A stretch of DNA of 64,000 nucleotides from Candidatus Dormiibacterota bacterium (GCA_027319585.1 DAHVMY010000001.1:70192-134191), one strand, 5' to 3'. Numbered from the stretch's first letter, positions 28,942 to 39,039 are shown. Made by a program: numbers and translations. The notes: a model not told the origin generated them from the sequence alone.

Positions 28942-30750
28942 ATGACCTCCCCGAAGCTCTCGCGCATCCGCAACTTTTCCATCATCGCGCACATCGACCA
29001 CGGCAAGTCCACGCTCGCCGATCGACTGCTGGAGCTCACCGGGACGGTCAGCGCGCGCGACATGACCGCCCAGATCCTGGACACCATGGACCTGGAGCGG
29101 GAGCGGGGGATAACCATCAAGGCCCAGGCGGTGCGGATGCCCTACCGCGCCCAGGACGGACAGGATTATGAGCTGAATCTCATCGATACGCCCGGCCATG
29201 TGGACTTCGCCTATGAGGTGTCCAGGGCGCTGGCCGCCTGTGAGGGGGCGCTGTTGGTGGTAGACGCCAGCCAGGGGATCGAGGCCCAGACGCTGGCCAA
29301 CGTCTACAAGGCGCTGGAGCTGGGGCTGGAGATAGTCCCGGTGGTGAACAAGATCGACCTTCCCCAGGCGGAGCCGGAGGCGGTCGCCGAGGAGATCGAG
29401 GAGGTCATCGGGATCGCCAGGGAGCAGTGTCTGATGGTCTCGGCGCGGACCGGCGCCGGGGTGGAGCAGGTGCTGGAGGCGATCGTCGCCAAGCTGCCTC
29501 CACCGCGGGGTCAGTCCGACGCTCCCCTGCGCGCCCTCATCTTCGACTGCAAGTACGACAGCTACCGCGGGGTGGTGGTGTACAGCCGGATCGTCGACGG
29601 CAGCCTGCACGCTGGCACTCAGATCCGGATGATGGCAGGCCGCGGGACCTTCACGGTCGACGAGGTGGGCGTCTTCCGGCCGGGGATGGAGGCCGTCGAA
29701 GAGCTCCGGGCCGGCGAGGTGGGCTACGTGATCGCCTCGATCCGCAACGTGCGCGACAGCAAGGTGGGGGACACCATCACGGAGGCGCAGCGGCCCGCCG
29801 TGGAGCCCCTGCCGGGGTACCGCCAGGCGAGCCCCATGGTTTGGGCGGGGCTCTTTCCCATCGACAGCGACAGCTACCAGGACCTCAAGGAGGCGCTCGA
29901 GCGGCTCCAGCTGAACGACGCGGCGCTGACCTTCGAGCCGGAGACCTCGGCCGCCCTGGGCTTTGGTTTCCGCTGCGGGTTCCTGGGGTTGCTGCACATG
30001 GAGATCGTCCAGGAGCGGCTGGAGCGGGAGTTCAACCTGGAGCTGATCACGACGGCCCCCTCGGTGGCGTACCGGGTGCACATGAGGGACGGGACCACGC
30101 AGGAGATCGACAACCCGGACCAGCTGCCCGACCCTGCGCAGTTGGAGTGGATCGAAGAGCCGCGGGTGAAGGTGGAGGTGGTGACGCCCCGGGAGTATCT
30201 CGGCCAGTTGATGGAGCTGTGTCAGGAACGCCGTGGGGAGTTCATCCACCTGGAGTACCAGCCGGGGGACCGGGCGCTGCTCACCTACGACCTGCCGCTG
30301 GGCGAGATAATCCACGACTTCTACGACCAGCTGAAGTCGCGCAGCCGCGGCTACGCCTCGATGGATTACCAGCTGACCGGTTACCGCAAGGAGCAGCTGG
30401 TCAAGCTGGACATCCTGGTCGCGGGCAGCAAGATCGACGCCCTCTCGGCCATCGTCCACCGCCAGCAGGCCAGCAACCAGGGCAGGCGGCTGGTGCAGCG
30501 GCTCAAGGAGGTCATCCCCCGGCAGCTCTTCGAGGTCGCAATTCAGGCCGCCATCGGCGGCAAGGTGATCGCCAGGGAGACGGTCCCGGCGCTGCGCAAG
30601 GATGTGCTGGCCAAGTGTTACGGCGGCGACATCACCAGAAAGCGCAAGTTGCTCGAGAAGCAGCGCGAGGGCAAGCAGCGCATGAAGCGGGTGGGCTCCG
30701 TCGAAATTCCCCAGGCGGCATTCATGGCGGTCTTGTCCCTTGACCGTTGA
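28942..30750 (+). CDS. lepA: Elongation factor 4 (LepA)
   Basis: [31 protein letters not shown] (G1), DTPGHVDF (G3), NKIDL (G4), and the conserved LepA C-terminus ..[26 protein letters not shown]... 602 aa. Confidence 0.95.
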   Translation: MTSPKLSRIRNFSIIAHIDHGKSTLADRLLELTGTVSARDMTAQILDTMDLERERGITIKAQAVRMPYRAQDGQDYELNLIDTPGHVDFAYEVSRALAACEGALLVVDASQGIEAQTLANVYKALELGLEIVPVVNKIDLPQAEPEAVAEEIEEVIGIAREQCLMVSARTGAGVEQVLEAIVAKLPPPRGQSDAPLRALIFDCKYDSYRGVVVYSRIVDGSLHAGTQIRMMAGRGTFTVDEVGVFRPGMEAVEELRAGEVGYVIASIRNVRDSKVGDTITEAQRPAVEPLPGYRQASPMVWAGLFPIDSDSYQDLKEALERLQLNDAALTFEPETSAALGFGFRCGFLGLLHMEIVQERLEREFNLELITTAPSVAYRVHMRDGTTQEIDNPDQLPDPAQLEWIEEPRVKVEVVTPREYLGQLMELCQERRGEFIHLEYQPGDRALLTYDLPLGEIIHDFYDQLKSRSRGYASMDYQLTGYRKEQLVKLDILVAGSKIDALSAIVHRQQASNQGRRLVQRLKEVIPRQLFEVAIQAAIGGKVIARETVPALRKDVLAKCYGGDITRKRKLLEKQREGKQRMKRVGSVEIPQAAFMAVLSLDR

Positions 30751-31906
30751 GCTCGGCCCCGGGGCGCCGCGGTCACTCTACGTGCACGTGCCCTTCTGCG
30801 GTCGCCGCTGCCCCTACTGCGATTTCTCGATCCATGTCGGAGGCGACCAGCTCCAGGAGCGATTCACCAAGGCGGTTGTACAAGAGTTGCGCGGGCTTCC
30901 TAGCGATGGCCCGCCGCTGGAGACCATCTATTTCGGAGGAGGCACCCCGTCGCGTCTTCTGCCCGGTCGGCTCGCTGAGCTGCTGGCGGCTGTGCACTCC
31001 CGGTTCAGGGTTGCCTCCGACGCCGAGGTGACCATGGAGGCCAACCCCGAGGACGTGACGGTGGCGCAGGCCCGCGGGTGGTCGGAGCTGGGGTTCAACC
31101 GGCTGTCAATCGGGGTCCAGAGTCTGGATGACCGGGCGCTGGCCTGGCTCGGTCGTGGCCACGATGCCGCCCAGGCGGAGGCGGCGGTCGAGGCGGCCCG
31201 CGAGGCCGGTTTCGCAAACCTCAGCTGCGACCTGATCTATGCGGTTCCGGGCCAGACCACGGAGGTTCTGGAGCGCGGGCTTCGCAGGCTGCTGGCGCAC
31301 CATCCGGACCACATCTCCTGCTACGAGCTCACCGTGGAGGAGGGCACCCCGCTGCAGCGGGACATTCGGGCCGGACGGCTGCCGGCGCCCAAGGTGGATG
31401 ACTTCCTGGAGCAGCGGCGAATGCTGGGTGGAGTGCTGGGGGAGGCGGGGCTGGAACTCTATGAGGTCTCGAACTACGCTCGGCCCGGCCGTCAGTCCCG
31501 CCACAATCTGACCTACTGGCAGGGGCGGGCGTATTTCGCAGTCGGCCCCGGGGCGCACGGCTTCCTGGGTGCGGCCGAGGGCGCGCGCTGCGGATTGGAG
31601 CCACAGGGGGCCGCGGTGCGTTACTGGCACCTTCGCGACACTGCCACCTACATTCGCGCGATCGAAGCCGGCCGCGTTGGCTGGCGCGGCCACGAGTGGC
31701 TTGGTGAGCCGACCCTGGCCATGGAGCGGCTGGCCTGCGGACTGAGGCTGAGCGCCGGCACCAAGGTGACCTCGCCGGAGCAGCTCCGCCGCGCCCACGA
31801 GCTGGGACGCCTGGGACTGCTGGCGATCGAGGGGCACAGGGTGAGGGCGACCCCGCGCGGCTTCGAGGTGCTGGACCGGATCACCCTGGAGCTGATCTCG
31901 GCCTGA
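30740..31906 (+). CDS. hemW: Radical-SAM heme chaperone HemW (HemN-like, oxygen-independent coproporphyrinogen oxidase family)
   Basis: Radical SAM motif [10 protein letters not shown], plus ..IYFGGGTPS.. and the lepA-hemW adjacency typical of Gram-positive genomes. Confidence 0.85.
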   Translation: MTVELGPGAPRSLYVHVPFCGRRCPYCDFSIHVGGDQLQERFTKAVVQELRGLPSDGPPLETIYFGGGTPSRLLPGRLAELLAAVHSRFRVASDAEVTMEANPEDVTVAQARGWSELGFNRLSIGVQSLDDRALAWLGRGHDAAQAEAAVEAAREAGFANLSCDLIYAVPGQTTEVLERGLRRLLAHHPDHISCYELTVEEGTPLQRDIRAGRLPAPKVDDFLEQRRMLGGVLGEAGLELYEVSNYARPGRQSRHNLTYWQGRAYFAVGPGAHGFLGAAEGARCGLEPQGAAVRYWHLRDTATYIRAIEAGRVGWRGHEWLGEPTLAMERLACGLRLSAGTKVTSPEQLRRAHELGRLGLLAIEGHRVRATPRGFEVLDRITLELISA

Positions 31907-31912
31907 GGCGCC

Positions 31913-32704
31913 TCAGGCGGCCGGCAGTCGGAGCCCGAACAGATGGGGCAGCAGCACCCCCAGGATGTACCCCGCCAGGGCGGCAGCGGCCCCCACACCC
32001 AGCACCTGAGCTCCGCCGACCACCAGGCGCTGGCCGATGATCCAGGCCTTGCCGATCCCCACCAGGAGCAGGGCGACCGCCGAGAGGCCGAGGGACAGTC
32101 CGATTGCCCAACCCCCAGTTAGGAAGATGAAGGGCACGATCGGAACCACCGCGCCGAGGAGGAAGGTGGCCGCCATCACCACCCCATCTCGGACCGGCGA
32201 GTCCTGGGGGTTGCTGGGGATGCCCAGCTCCTTTTCGATGTGGGTCTCCTCCCACAGCCGGGGGTACTCCGCCAGCGCCCGGGAGAGCTCGTGGGCGGTG
32301 GTCTCGGGAACTCCCCGTTCCATCAGGATCTCGACCATCTCCTGATGCTCCTCGACCGGCTGGTTACGAAGCTCGGCGCGCTCCTTGTGGATCGCGGCCC
32401 GTTTGAGGTCCCGCTCGGCGCAAGCGGCCAGATAGGCCCCGGTCCCCATCGAGACCATCCCGGCCAGCGCACCCGCCAATCCCGCGATCAGAATCGTGGT
32501 GTGGGCGACCGCAGCGCCGGCGGCCGCGGTCGCCACGCCGGTGGTGAGGCCCATGGTGGTGAGGATGCCGTCCTGAACCCCGAAGACCACCTCCCGGATC
32601 CCGGCCCGCCGCTCCAACTGCTCGCGTTCGGTTCCCCCCGCGTCCAGAAACGGGTTGAGGACTGCGAGCCAGCCATCGGTCCGCGGGGAGGTTGGCGGGG
32701 ACAT
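31913..32704 (-). CDS. VIT1/CCC1-family iron/manganese transporter
   Basis: ..REVVFGVQDGILTTMGLTTGVA.. plus hydrophobic C-terminal helices and a central acidic cytoplasmic segment, as in the VIT family. Confidence 0.8.
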   Translation of the reverse strand: MSPPTSPRTDGWLAVLNPFLDAGGTEREQLERRAGIREVVFGVQDGILTTMGLTTGVATAAAGAAVAHTTILIAGLAGALAGMVSMGTGAYLAACAERDLKRAAIHKERAELRNQPVEEHQEMVEILMERGVPETTAHELSRALAEYPRLWEETHIEKELGIPSNPQDSPVRDGVVMAATFLLGAVVPIVPFIFLTGGWAIGLSLGLSAVALLLVGIGKAWIIGQRLVVGGAQVLGVGAAAALAGYILGVLLPHLFGLRLPAA

Positions 32705-32786
32705 GGGCAGATCTTAGCGTAATTTGGACGCTGTCCAGATTAGGCCGGGCTAAGGTCGCGGTTACCCATGCCTGACGAACACCGGT

Positions 32787-32795
32787 GCTAAACTC
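32787..32795 (+). promoter_or_regulatory. Candidate extended -10 promoter element (TGcTAAACT) for the hrcA operon
   Basis: TG-n-TAAACT lies 4 nt upstream of the CIRCE element. No clear -35 was seen. Confidence 0.4.
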
Positions 32796-32798
32796 GCC

Positions 32799-32825
32799 TT
32801 AGCACTCACGGTCATAGAGTGCTAA
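32799..32825 (+). promoter_or_regulatory. CIRCE operator (HrcA binding site), perfect consensus TTAGCACTC-N9-GAGTGCTAA
   Basis: Read directly: TTAGCACTC (32799-32807), acggtcata, GAGTGCTAA (32817-32825), ending 20 nt upstream of the hrcA ATG. Confidence 0.92.
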
Positions 32826-32845
32826 TTGACAATGGAGTCGCACTC

Positions 32846-33853
32846 ATGGACCAGCGCAAGGAGCGGATATTGGGAGCGGTGGTCTCGGACTACACCGAGA
32901 CCGTGGTCCCGGTCGGGTCGCACGCCCTGGCGGCGCGATACTTCCTGGAGTTGAGTTCGGCGACCATTCGCAACGAGCTCTCGGAGCTGGTCGATGACGG
33001 CTTCCTGGCGCAGCCGCATGCCTCGGCCGGGCGCATTCCCACGGATCTGGGATACCGCTACTTCGTCGACTTTCTGCTGCCTCAGGAGATCGTCGAGCCG
33101 CCCCTGCGCCGACAGGTGCGCCACAGCTTCGAGGGGGCCGCGCCGGATGTGGAGGCGATCCTCGAGCTGGCCGCGGCCACCCTGAGCCGCCTCAGTGAGA
33201 ATGTCGCCCTGGTGACCGGACCGACCCAGTCGGAGGCGCGGCTGTTGCATGTCGAGCTGGTCCTGGTGAGGCCGGGGCAGGCCCTTCTGATCGCGGTCGC
33301 CAACGGCAACGCGGTGCACCAAAGGGTGGTCGAGGTGGGGGCCGATCTGGATCAGGAGGCGCTTTCCCAGCTGGCCAACCGGCTGACAGCTCACTACGCG
33401 GGCATGTCCGCGGGCGCGATCTCTCAGCTGGCGGCGCCCGCCGGGACACCCGCCCAGGTTGTGCAGGAACTGGCCAGCGGGCTGCGGCAGATGGAGACCA
33501 GGGCCTCGCTCGTGATCCACGACGGGGTCCGCAACCTGGTGCGCAACCCCGAGTTTGAGGACCCCAACCGGCTGCGGACCGTCCTGGAGGTGCTGGAGGC
33601 GCAGCGCATCCTCGCCGCCGTGGTCAGCGAGCTCGCCCCCCGGGTCGGGCTGCAGGTCGTGATCGGGCACGAAAACCGTCTCCAGGAGCTCCAGGACTGC
33701 AGTCTGGTGCTGACCAGTTACCGTGCTGGAGACCATCTCTGGGGTACCCTGGGAGTGGTGGGTCCGACGCGGATCCGCTACGGCAGGGTGGCGGCCCGGC
33801 TGCAGCTGGTCTCGCAGCTCACCGGTGAGGCTCTCAGCCGACTTCTCACATGA
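32846..33853 (+). CDS. hrcA: Heat-inducible transcription repressor HrcA
   Basis: MDQRKERILGAVVSDYTETVVPVGSHALA... (winged-helix N-terminus) and ..GTLGVVGPTRIRY.. C-terminal motif. Preceded by CIRCE. Confidence 0.9.
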   Translation: MDQRKERILGAVVSDYTETVVPVGSHALAARYFLELSSATIRNELSELVDDGFLAQPHASAGRIPTDLGYRYFVDFLLPQEIVEPPLRRQVRHSFEGAAPDVEAILELAAATLSRLSENVALVTGPTQSEARLLHVELVLVRPGQALLIAVANGNAVHQRVVEVGADLDQEALSQLANRLTAHYAGMSAGAISQLAAPAGTPAQVVQELASGLRQMETRASLVIHDGVRNLVRNPEFEDPNRLRTVLEVLEAQRILAAVVSELAPRVGLQVVIGHENRLQELQDCSLVLTSYRAGDHLWGTLGVVGPTRIRYGRVAARLQLVSQLTGEALSRLLT

Positions 33854-34479
33854 TTCCGATTGACCCGATGGAGACCAACTTGCCGATCGAAGACAGTGCG
33901 GCGGAGCCGGCCGCCCCGGACCACCAGGTGGGGACGGAGGCGCCGGCCGAGGACGTGGCCCAGCTGCGCACCGAGCTGGAGCAGTTGACGGCTTCCTACC
34001 AGCGGCTGGCCGCCGACTTCGAGAACTACAAGCGCCGCAAGGCTCAGGAGTCGCAGGATCTGGCCCGCTACGCGGCGGCGTCGCTGCTGACCGCGATCCT
34101 GCCGGCGCTGGACAATCTCTCCCGGGCCGTCGAGCACGTCGATCCGGAGGCCAAGGACGGGCTCTCTGAAGGGCTGCGGCTGACGGTCCGGCAGCTTCAG
34201 GAGGCGCTCGCCTCCCAGGGGGTGGAGCGCGTGCCCGCGGTCGGCGCGGCCTTCGACCCCCGGATTCACGACGCCGTCTCGACCGTGCCCGGGGAGGGCT
34301 TGGAGCAGGACACGGTGGTGGCGGAGCTGCTGCCCGGTTACCGCCTGCATGACCGGGTCGTGCGCCCAGCCCAGGTGACGGTCGCCCACGCGGCGCCGAC
34401 CGGTGGCTCGAAGCCCGGTGGGGATGGGCTGGCGGAGGAGTCGCCGCCGCCGGGTGTCGACGCGGGCGCCTCGGCGTGA
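33850..34479 (+). CDS. grpE: Nucleotide exchange factor GrpE
   Basis: ..YQRLAADFENYKRR.. and ..FDPRIHDAVS.. motifs. The ATGA overlaps the hrcA stop. Confidence 0.9.
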   Translation: MIPIDPMETNLPIEDSAAEPAAPDHQVGTEAPAEDVAQLRTELEQLTASYQRLAADFENYKRRKAQESQDLARYAAASLLTAILPALDNLSRAVEHVDPEAKDGLSEGLRLTVRQLQEALASQGVERVPAVGAAFDPRIHDAVSTVPGEGLEQDTVVAELLPGYRLHDRVVRPAQVTVAHAAPTGGSKPGGDGLAEESPPPGVDAGASA

Positions 34480-35594
34480 TGCCCAAGACCAAGCGCGATT
34501 ACTACGAGGTGCTGGGGGTAGATCGCCGGGCGAGCCCCGAGGAGCTCAAGCGCGCCTACCGCAAGCTGGCGATGCAGTACCACCCGGATCGCAACGGTGG
34601 CGATCCCGAGGCCGAACAGCGCTTCAAGGAGGTGGGTGAGGCCTACCAGGTGCTCTCGGACCCGGAGCGGCGCCAGCGGTACGACACCTTCGGTCAGGTG
34701 GACGACGGCTTTGGCGGTGGAGGCGGCGCCTTCAACTTCCAGTCCGCGTTCGACCTCTTCGACATGTTCTTCGGTGGGGCGGCGCAACCCCGCCAGCGCG
34801 GCGGGCCACGCCGCGGAGCCGACCTGCGCATGCAGGTGACCATCGACTTCCAGGAGGCCATCACCGGCGTCACCCGCACCTTCGAGGTGACCAAGCCCGC
34901 CACCTGCCCTGACTGCGGCGGCAGCGGAGCCGCGGCGGGCACCAAGGCCACGGTCTGCCCGGAGTGCCAGGGCCGCGGCCAGGTTCAGAGGGTGCGGCAG
35001 TCCCTGCTCGGTCAGATGGTGACCGTGGAACCGTGCCCGCGCTGCCGCGGAGAGGGCCAGGTGATCGAGTCTCCCTGCCCGACTTGCCATGGGCAGGGGT
35101 TGGTCGACGCCAAGAAGTCAATCGAGGTCCAGATCCCGGCCGGGGTCGACAACGAGATGCAGGTGCGCGTGCCCGGAGAGGGTGCGGCTGGCCCACGCGG
35201 TGGTCCACCAGGTGACCTTTTCCTGGTGATCGGCGTGCGCCCCCACGAGCAGCTGGTGCGGCGGGGGATGACGATCATCTACGAGTGCCCGATCTCAATC
35301 GCCCAGGCCGCCCTTGGTGACACCATCGAGGTGCCCACCGTGGACGGGCCGGCCACCATGACCGTCAAGCCAGGTACCCAGTACGGCGAGCAGGTGCGGT
35401 TGCCCGGTAAGGGGGCACCTGATCCCCGCACCGGACGCCGCGGGGATCAGGTGGTCAGGTTGCGGGTCGTCATCCCCACCAAGCTGACCGAAAGGCAGCG
35501 CCATCTGCTCCGTGAGCTGGCTCCCCCCGACGGCAAGCCCCACCCGGTGAAGAAGGGGTTTTTCGAACACCTCAAGGACGCCATCGGCATCTGA
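34476..35594 (+). CDS. dnaJ: Chaperone DnaJ (type I: J domain, G/F region, four CxxCxGxG zinc motifs)
   Basis: J domain ..YHPDRN.. with G/F region GFGGGGGAFNF. Zinc motifs CPDCGGSG, CPECQGRG, CPRCRGEG and CPTCHGQG. The start overlaps the grpE stop (GTGATG). Confidence 0.95.
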   Translation: MMPKTKRDYYEVLGVDRRASPEELKRAYRKLAMQYHPDRNGGDPEAEQRFKEVGEAYQVLSDPERRQRYDTFGQVDDGFGGGGGAFNFQSAFDLFDMFFGGAAQPRQRGGPRRGADLRMQVTIDFQEAITGVTRTFEVTKPATCPDCGGSGAAAGTKATVCPECQGRGQVQRVRQSLLGQMVTVEPCPRCRGEGQVIESPCPTCHGQGLVDAKKSIEVQIPAGVDNEMQVRVPGEGAAGPRGGPPGDLFLVIGVRPHEQLVRRGMTIIYECPISIAQAALGDTIEVPTVDGPATMTVKPGTQYGEQVRLPGKGAPDPRTGRRGDQVVRLRVVIPTKLTERQRHLLRELAPPDGKPHPVKKGFFEHLKDAIGI

Positions 35595-35699
35595 CCGCAG
35601 CCGGTGTTTAGGCCCGCCAGGGGCGTGGGTATGGCCTAATCGGGATGGCTTCATCCCCCCAGGTGAGCTGGGAAGAGATGAGGTAAAGGAGGTGTTCTG

Positions 35700-36218
35700 A
35701 TGGCTCGTTGGGATCCTTGGAGCGACCTTTTCAACCTGCAGAACGAGATGTCCCGCTGGGTCAACGAGGCCTTCGGGAGCGGCCAGATGGTGACCCCGGT
35801 GGGAGTGGGCACCAGGAGCCTCACCACGACGGCGCCGACCGCCTACCTGCCCCTGGACATCCGTCAGAAGGACAATGAGTTTGTGATCGAGGCCTCGGTT
35901 CCGGGTTTCAAGCCGGAAGAGGTGGAGATCACCGCTGACCAGGGCGTCTTGACCATCCGCGGCGAGCGCAAGGTTGAGCACTCGGAGGAGAACGAGGGGA
36001 CCTACCTGCGCCGGGAGCGGGCCAACTACTCCGTGATCCGGCAGCTCACCCTGCCGAACGACGTGAAGGAGGACGAGATCAGGGCCACCTTCACCAACGG
36101 GGTGCTCACCGTGACCATTCCGCGGGAGGCGGCCCCTGCCCCGCGGCGGATTCCCGTCAGCAGCGGTGAGGCGGCTCCTGAGCCGCAGGTGATCGAGGCG
36201 GGCACTGCCCAGCATTGA
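35700..36218 (+). CDS. Small heat-shock protein, Hsp20/alpha-crystallin family
   Basis: Alpha-crystallin domain ..PLDIRQKDNEFVIEASVPGFKPEEVEI.., ..SVIRQLTLPNDV.., and ..ATFTNGVLTVTIPR... AAGGAGG lies upstream of the ATG. Confidence 0.9.
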   Translation: MARWDPWSDLFNLQNEMSRWVNEAFGSGQMVTPVGVGTRSLTTTAPTAYLPLDIRQKDNEFVIEASVPGFKPEEVEITADQGVLTIRGERKVEHSEENEGTYLRRERANYSVIRQLTLPNDVKEDEIRATFTNGVLTVTIPREAAPAPRRIPVSSGEAAPEPQVIEAGTAQH

Positions 36219-36231
36219 TTTAGAAGGCCAG

Positions 36232-36255
36232 GGCTCCGGCAGGGCTGCCGGAGCC
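36232..36255. terminator. Perfect 10-bp hairpin between the convergent hsp20 and galT-like genes (possible bidirectional terminator)
   Basis: GGCTCCGGCA-gggc-TGCCGGAGCC at 36232-36255, between stops at 36218 (+) and 36263 (-). No U-tract. Confidence 0.5.
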
Positions 36256-36262
36256 CCCGCCT

Positions 36263-37357
36263 TCAGCGGATTTCAGTCAGAGCCGCCTGCAGAGCGGGTC
36301 TGAGGGCGGCGGCCAGGGCCTCGGGGCTGCGCACCATGAACGGTTCGTCGAGCAGCTGGTGCCAGGCGGTGGTGTCGGAGCCCTGAATGGCGGGGTTGAA
36401 GTAGATCCTCGGTGAGAGTCGGGCGTGCAGACGAAAGCGATCGCGCGTGTCGCCGCCGGGTCCCCCATAGAACGCCAGGTTGAAGGCGGCGACGCCCTCT
36501 GACGCGAGGAACCTGAGGCAGGCACAGAGTCCGTGCGAGAACTCCCAAAGCCCCTCTTCTGGCACGTCCGTGACGGTGCGACAGGAGGGGAAGATGACGA
36601 AGACGTCGGAGAGCACACTGCGCGAGACGAAGGCGGTGAGCCAGGCCGTGTGGCTGGCTCTGGTGAGGAACCGCTCAGTCGATCTCTCCTCCTCGTCCAC
36701 CAGCAGGTCCCAATAGGAGCGATGGCGGTGCCGGTAGAACTCCAGTCCGCAGCGGACCTCCTCTTCGAGGAGGGTCCCCGGTCGGTCGGTGACAAACCCT
36801 TGGAGATGCGGGTGGACCTGGGTGGCACCGGCGGGCGGCATGTAGTTCCACGTGAGCAGCTCGTAGGCGCCATCCGCGCGGGCGGGGAGCTCGCCGAAGT
36901 ACCTCTGGGCGGCCAGTAGGCTGTCGCACAGCTGGTCGGGTCGGAACTCCTCAGGCCGGACGTAGTGGTCGCGCGTCACCACGTCCACGAAGCTGTGGCG
37001 ATCATAGGGGCTCAAATTCGGAAAGACGACCGCCTGACCGACGTGAATGCGCCCGTGGCCGCCCGAACGCATGGCCAGCTGTGGGGTGACGCGCTCAATT
37101 CGGTCCGGGCAGAAGGGGCAGCGCGAACGGCTCGCCGCAACTGCGGCCGCCAGATCCGGCGGCACCAGTTGAAACCCCTGGAAGTGGGCCACCCGCCCGC
37201 TTCGCCGTGTCAGTGGATCCCGGCGCAGCTCGACCTCGAAGGAGACCTCGGTCAATTGCTGCTCGGAGTTGCTGATGAAGTACGAGCCCGTGCGGAGCTC
37301 GCGCTCGAAGGTGAGGGTCGCCGCGGGTAGGGGCCCCTGGGGGTTGGGTGACTTCAT
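36263..37357 (-). CDS. Galactose-1-phosphate uridylyltransferase-family (GalT/HIT-like) nucleotidyltransferase
   Basis: Zn-site motif CPFCP and the HIT-type active-site motif ..VHPHLQG... The gene starts at ATG 37357 (MKSPNPQ...). The rest of the 706-aa ORF lies in a frame antisense to nothing conserved and overlaps rsmE. Confidence 0.7.
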   Translation of the reverse strand: MKSPNPQGPLPAATLTFERELRTGSYFISNSEQQLTEVSFEVELRRDPLTRRSGRVAHFQGFQLVPPDLAAAVAASRSRCPFCPDRIERVTPQLAMRSGGHGRIHVGQAVVFPNLSPYDRHSFVDVVTRDHYVRPEEFRPDQLCDSLLAAQRYFGELPARADGAYELLTWNYMPPAGATQVHPHLQGFVTDRPGTLLEEEVRCGLEFYRHRHRSYWDLLVDEEERSTERFLTRASHTAWLTAFVSRSVLSDVFVIFPSCRTVTDVPEEGLWEFSHGLCACLRFLASEGVAAFNLAFYGGPGGDTRDRFRLHARLSPRIYFNPAIQGSDTTAWHQLLDEPFMVRSPEALAAALRPALQAALTEIR

Positions 37358-38112
37358 GGACGATTGGTCTCCAGGTCGCCGGAGCGGTGCAGCAGCACCG
37401 CCACCGCGACCGTCGCCGCCAGCAGGGTGCGCAGATTGCGGGGTCCCAGGGAGACCACCGCGGCCCCGTCCCCTAGCATCGCCTCGATCTCGGTCGGCGA
37501 CAAGCCCCCCTCCGGCCCCACCACGATAGCCGTCGGCCGGTCCGGCGACCAGGGCACCGAGGACAGCGATGCCTTCGCCGCGGGCTGGTCGCAGATCAGC
37601 CACTGGCAGGCCGGATCCCGGTGCCGGAGCTCTGCCACCGCCTCCGTCAGCAGCCGGGGCCCGTGCACCGTTGGGGCCCGATGCCGGCGTGACAGTTGGG
37701 CCGCCTCCTTGGCCACGCGCTCCCACCGCAGCTGGCGGGCCCGGGCGCGCTCCCGCTCCAGTTTGGGAACGGTCCGCTCGGTCACCACCGGCCAGATCGA
37801 TCGGGCGCCGAGCTCGGCGAGCCGCTCGCACACCTCCGCCATCCCGGTCCCCTTGGGGATCGCCTGCACGACGTGCAGGTTGGCCCTCGGCTCGCGCGAG
37901 CACGCGCAGACCGCCAGCACCCGGGCCAGCACCCGGTCGGGGCCGACCTGCTCGACCAGGGCGTCGCACTCGGTGCCCACGGCGGGCACCAGGGTGATCG
38001 TGGCTCCGCGCCCCAGCCGGAGGACCTTGGCGAGGTGCCAGGCATCGTCGCCTGAGATCTCCAGCAGGTCGCCGACGCGGGTCTCCGCGGCTTCCACAAA
38101 GAAGGTCGGCAC
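37354..38112 (-). CDS. rsmE: 16S rRNA (uracil1498-N3)-methyltransferase RsmE
   Basis: MPTFFVEA....GDLLEISGDDAWHLAKVLRL (PUA-like N-terminus) and ..IVVGPEGGLSPTEI.. (SPOUT knot motif). Confidence 0.85.
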   Translation of the reverse strand: MPTFFVEAAETRVGDLLEISGDDAWHLAKVLRLGRGATITLVPAVGTECDALVEQVGPDRVLARVLAVCACSREPRANLHVVQAIPKGTGMAEVCERLAELGARSIWPVVTERTVPKLERERARARQLRWERVAKEAAQLSRRHRAPTVHGPRLLTEAVAELRHRDPACQWLICDQPAAKASLSSVPWSPDRPTAIVVGPEGGLSPTEIEAMLGDGAAVVSLGPRNLRTLLAATVAVAVLLHRSGDLETNRP

Positions 38113-38163
38113 CGCTCGAGTCTAGTTGGCTGCCCCAGAGACGCTCTTGGGCCGGCCGGTACC

Positions 38164-39012
38164 ATGGAAGGCGTGGAGTGGCCCGAGGACGGATACACCC
38201 GGATGGTCGAGGCGGCCAAGGAAGTCCGGCTGGCGGTGCATGTGGTCGGAGACGGGCCCCCGCTGCTCCTGATCCCGGGGTTGGGCACCGATCACCACGC
38301 CTTTGTCTGGAACATCCGCGAGCTCTCGCAGCGGTGGTTGTGCCTGGTTCTCGATCAGCGCGGGATCGGCCTGTCCGACGCATCCCCGGGGCCGTACGAT
38401 ATGGCGCTCCTGGCGGATGATGCGGCTCGGGTCATAGCGGAGCTGGCCCCCGGGGGGGCATCTGTGTTCGGGGTATCCATGGGCGGCATGGTCGCCCAGC
38501 ACCTGGCCATCCGCCATCCGGCGTTGGTGACCGCGCTGGTGTTGGGCTGCACCGGGCCCGGGGGGAGGCTGGCGGTGCGAGCTGATCCGGCGGACACCAG
38601 GTTGCTGCTGGGGGGCGACGCCCGTGAACCGGGTCTCGCTTACCGGGTCGCCTGCCAGGTGCTGTATGAGCGCCGCTGGCGCGAGCAGCATCCGGAGGTG
38701 ATCGAGGACGCCGTGCACTGGCGGGCCACCCATCCGGTTCGCCCCGGCGTGTTCGCCGCGCATTGGGAGGCGATCCGCCACCACGACACCGCCGACCGCC
38801 TGGGGGAGATTGGGGCGCCCACGCTGGTGCTCCACGGGACTGCGGACGTGGTGATGCCCCCGGGCAATGGGGCGCTGTTGCACGAGCGCATCCCCGGATC
38901 GGCGCTTCGGTGGCTGCCCGGGCGCGGCCACATGTTCTTCCAGGAGGATCCCGGCGCCACCCTGCGCCATCTGGAGGACCATCTGGCGCTGGCTTTGACC
39001 CTGCCCAGGTAG
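38164..39012 (+). CDS. Alpha/beta-fold hydrolase
   Basis: ..PLLLIPGLGTDHHAF.., nucleophile elbow GVSMGG, and C-terminal ..GRGHMFFQE.. (catalytic His region). Confidence 0.75.
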   Translation: MEGVEWPEDGYTRMVEAAKEVRLAVHVVGDGPPLLLIPGLGTDHHAFVWNIRELSQRWLCLVLDQRGIGLSDASPGPYDMALLADDAARVIAELAPGGASVFGVSMGGMVAQHLAIRHPALVTALVLGCTGPGGRLAVRADPADTRLLLGGDAREPGLAYRVACQVLYERRWREQHPEVIEDAVHWRATHPVRPGVFAAHWEAIRHHDTADRLGEIGAPTLVLHGTADVVMPPGNGALLHERIPGSALRWLPGRGHMFFQEDPGATLRHLEDHLALALTLPR

Positions 39013-39039
39013 TGGGGAGGGGGCCTGGGCCCACAGGTA

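Noticed and set aside
28942-30459. The upstream two-thirds of the 750-aa minus-strand ORF 28207..30459.
   Set aside because: It is antisense to the unmistakable lepA gene. It has low-complexity Arg/Pro/Gly/His composition and no motifs. Long antisense ORFs are expected at this GC content because stop codons are AT-rich. Only the 3' third (the GNAT-like part) is kept.
37358-38383. The N-terminal 340 aa of the 706-aa ORF 36263..38383, considered as part of the GalT-like protein.
   Set aside because: That segment is Arg/Gly/Pro low-complexity and is out of frame with, but overlapping, the conserved rsmE gene on the same strand. The GalT-like homology starts at ATG 37357, which is stop/start-coupled to rsmE.
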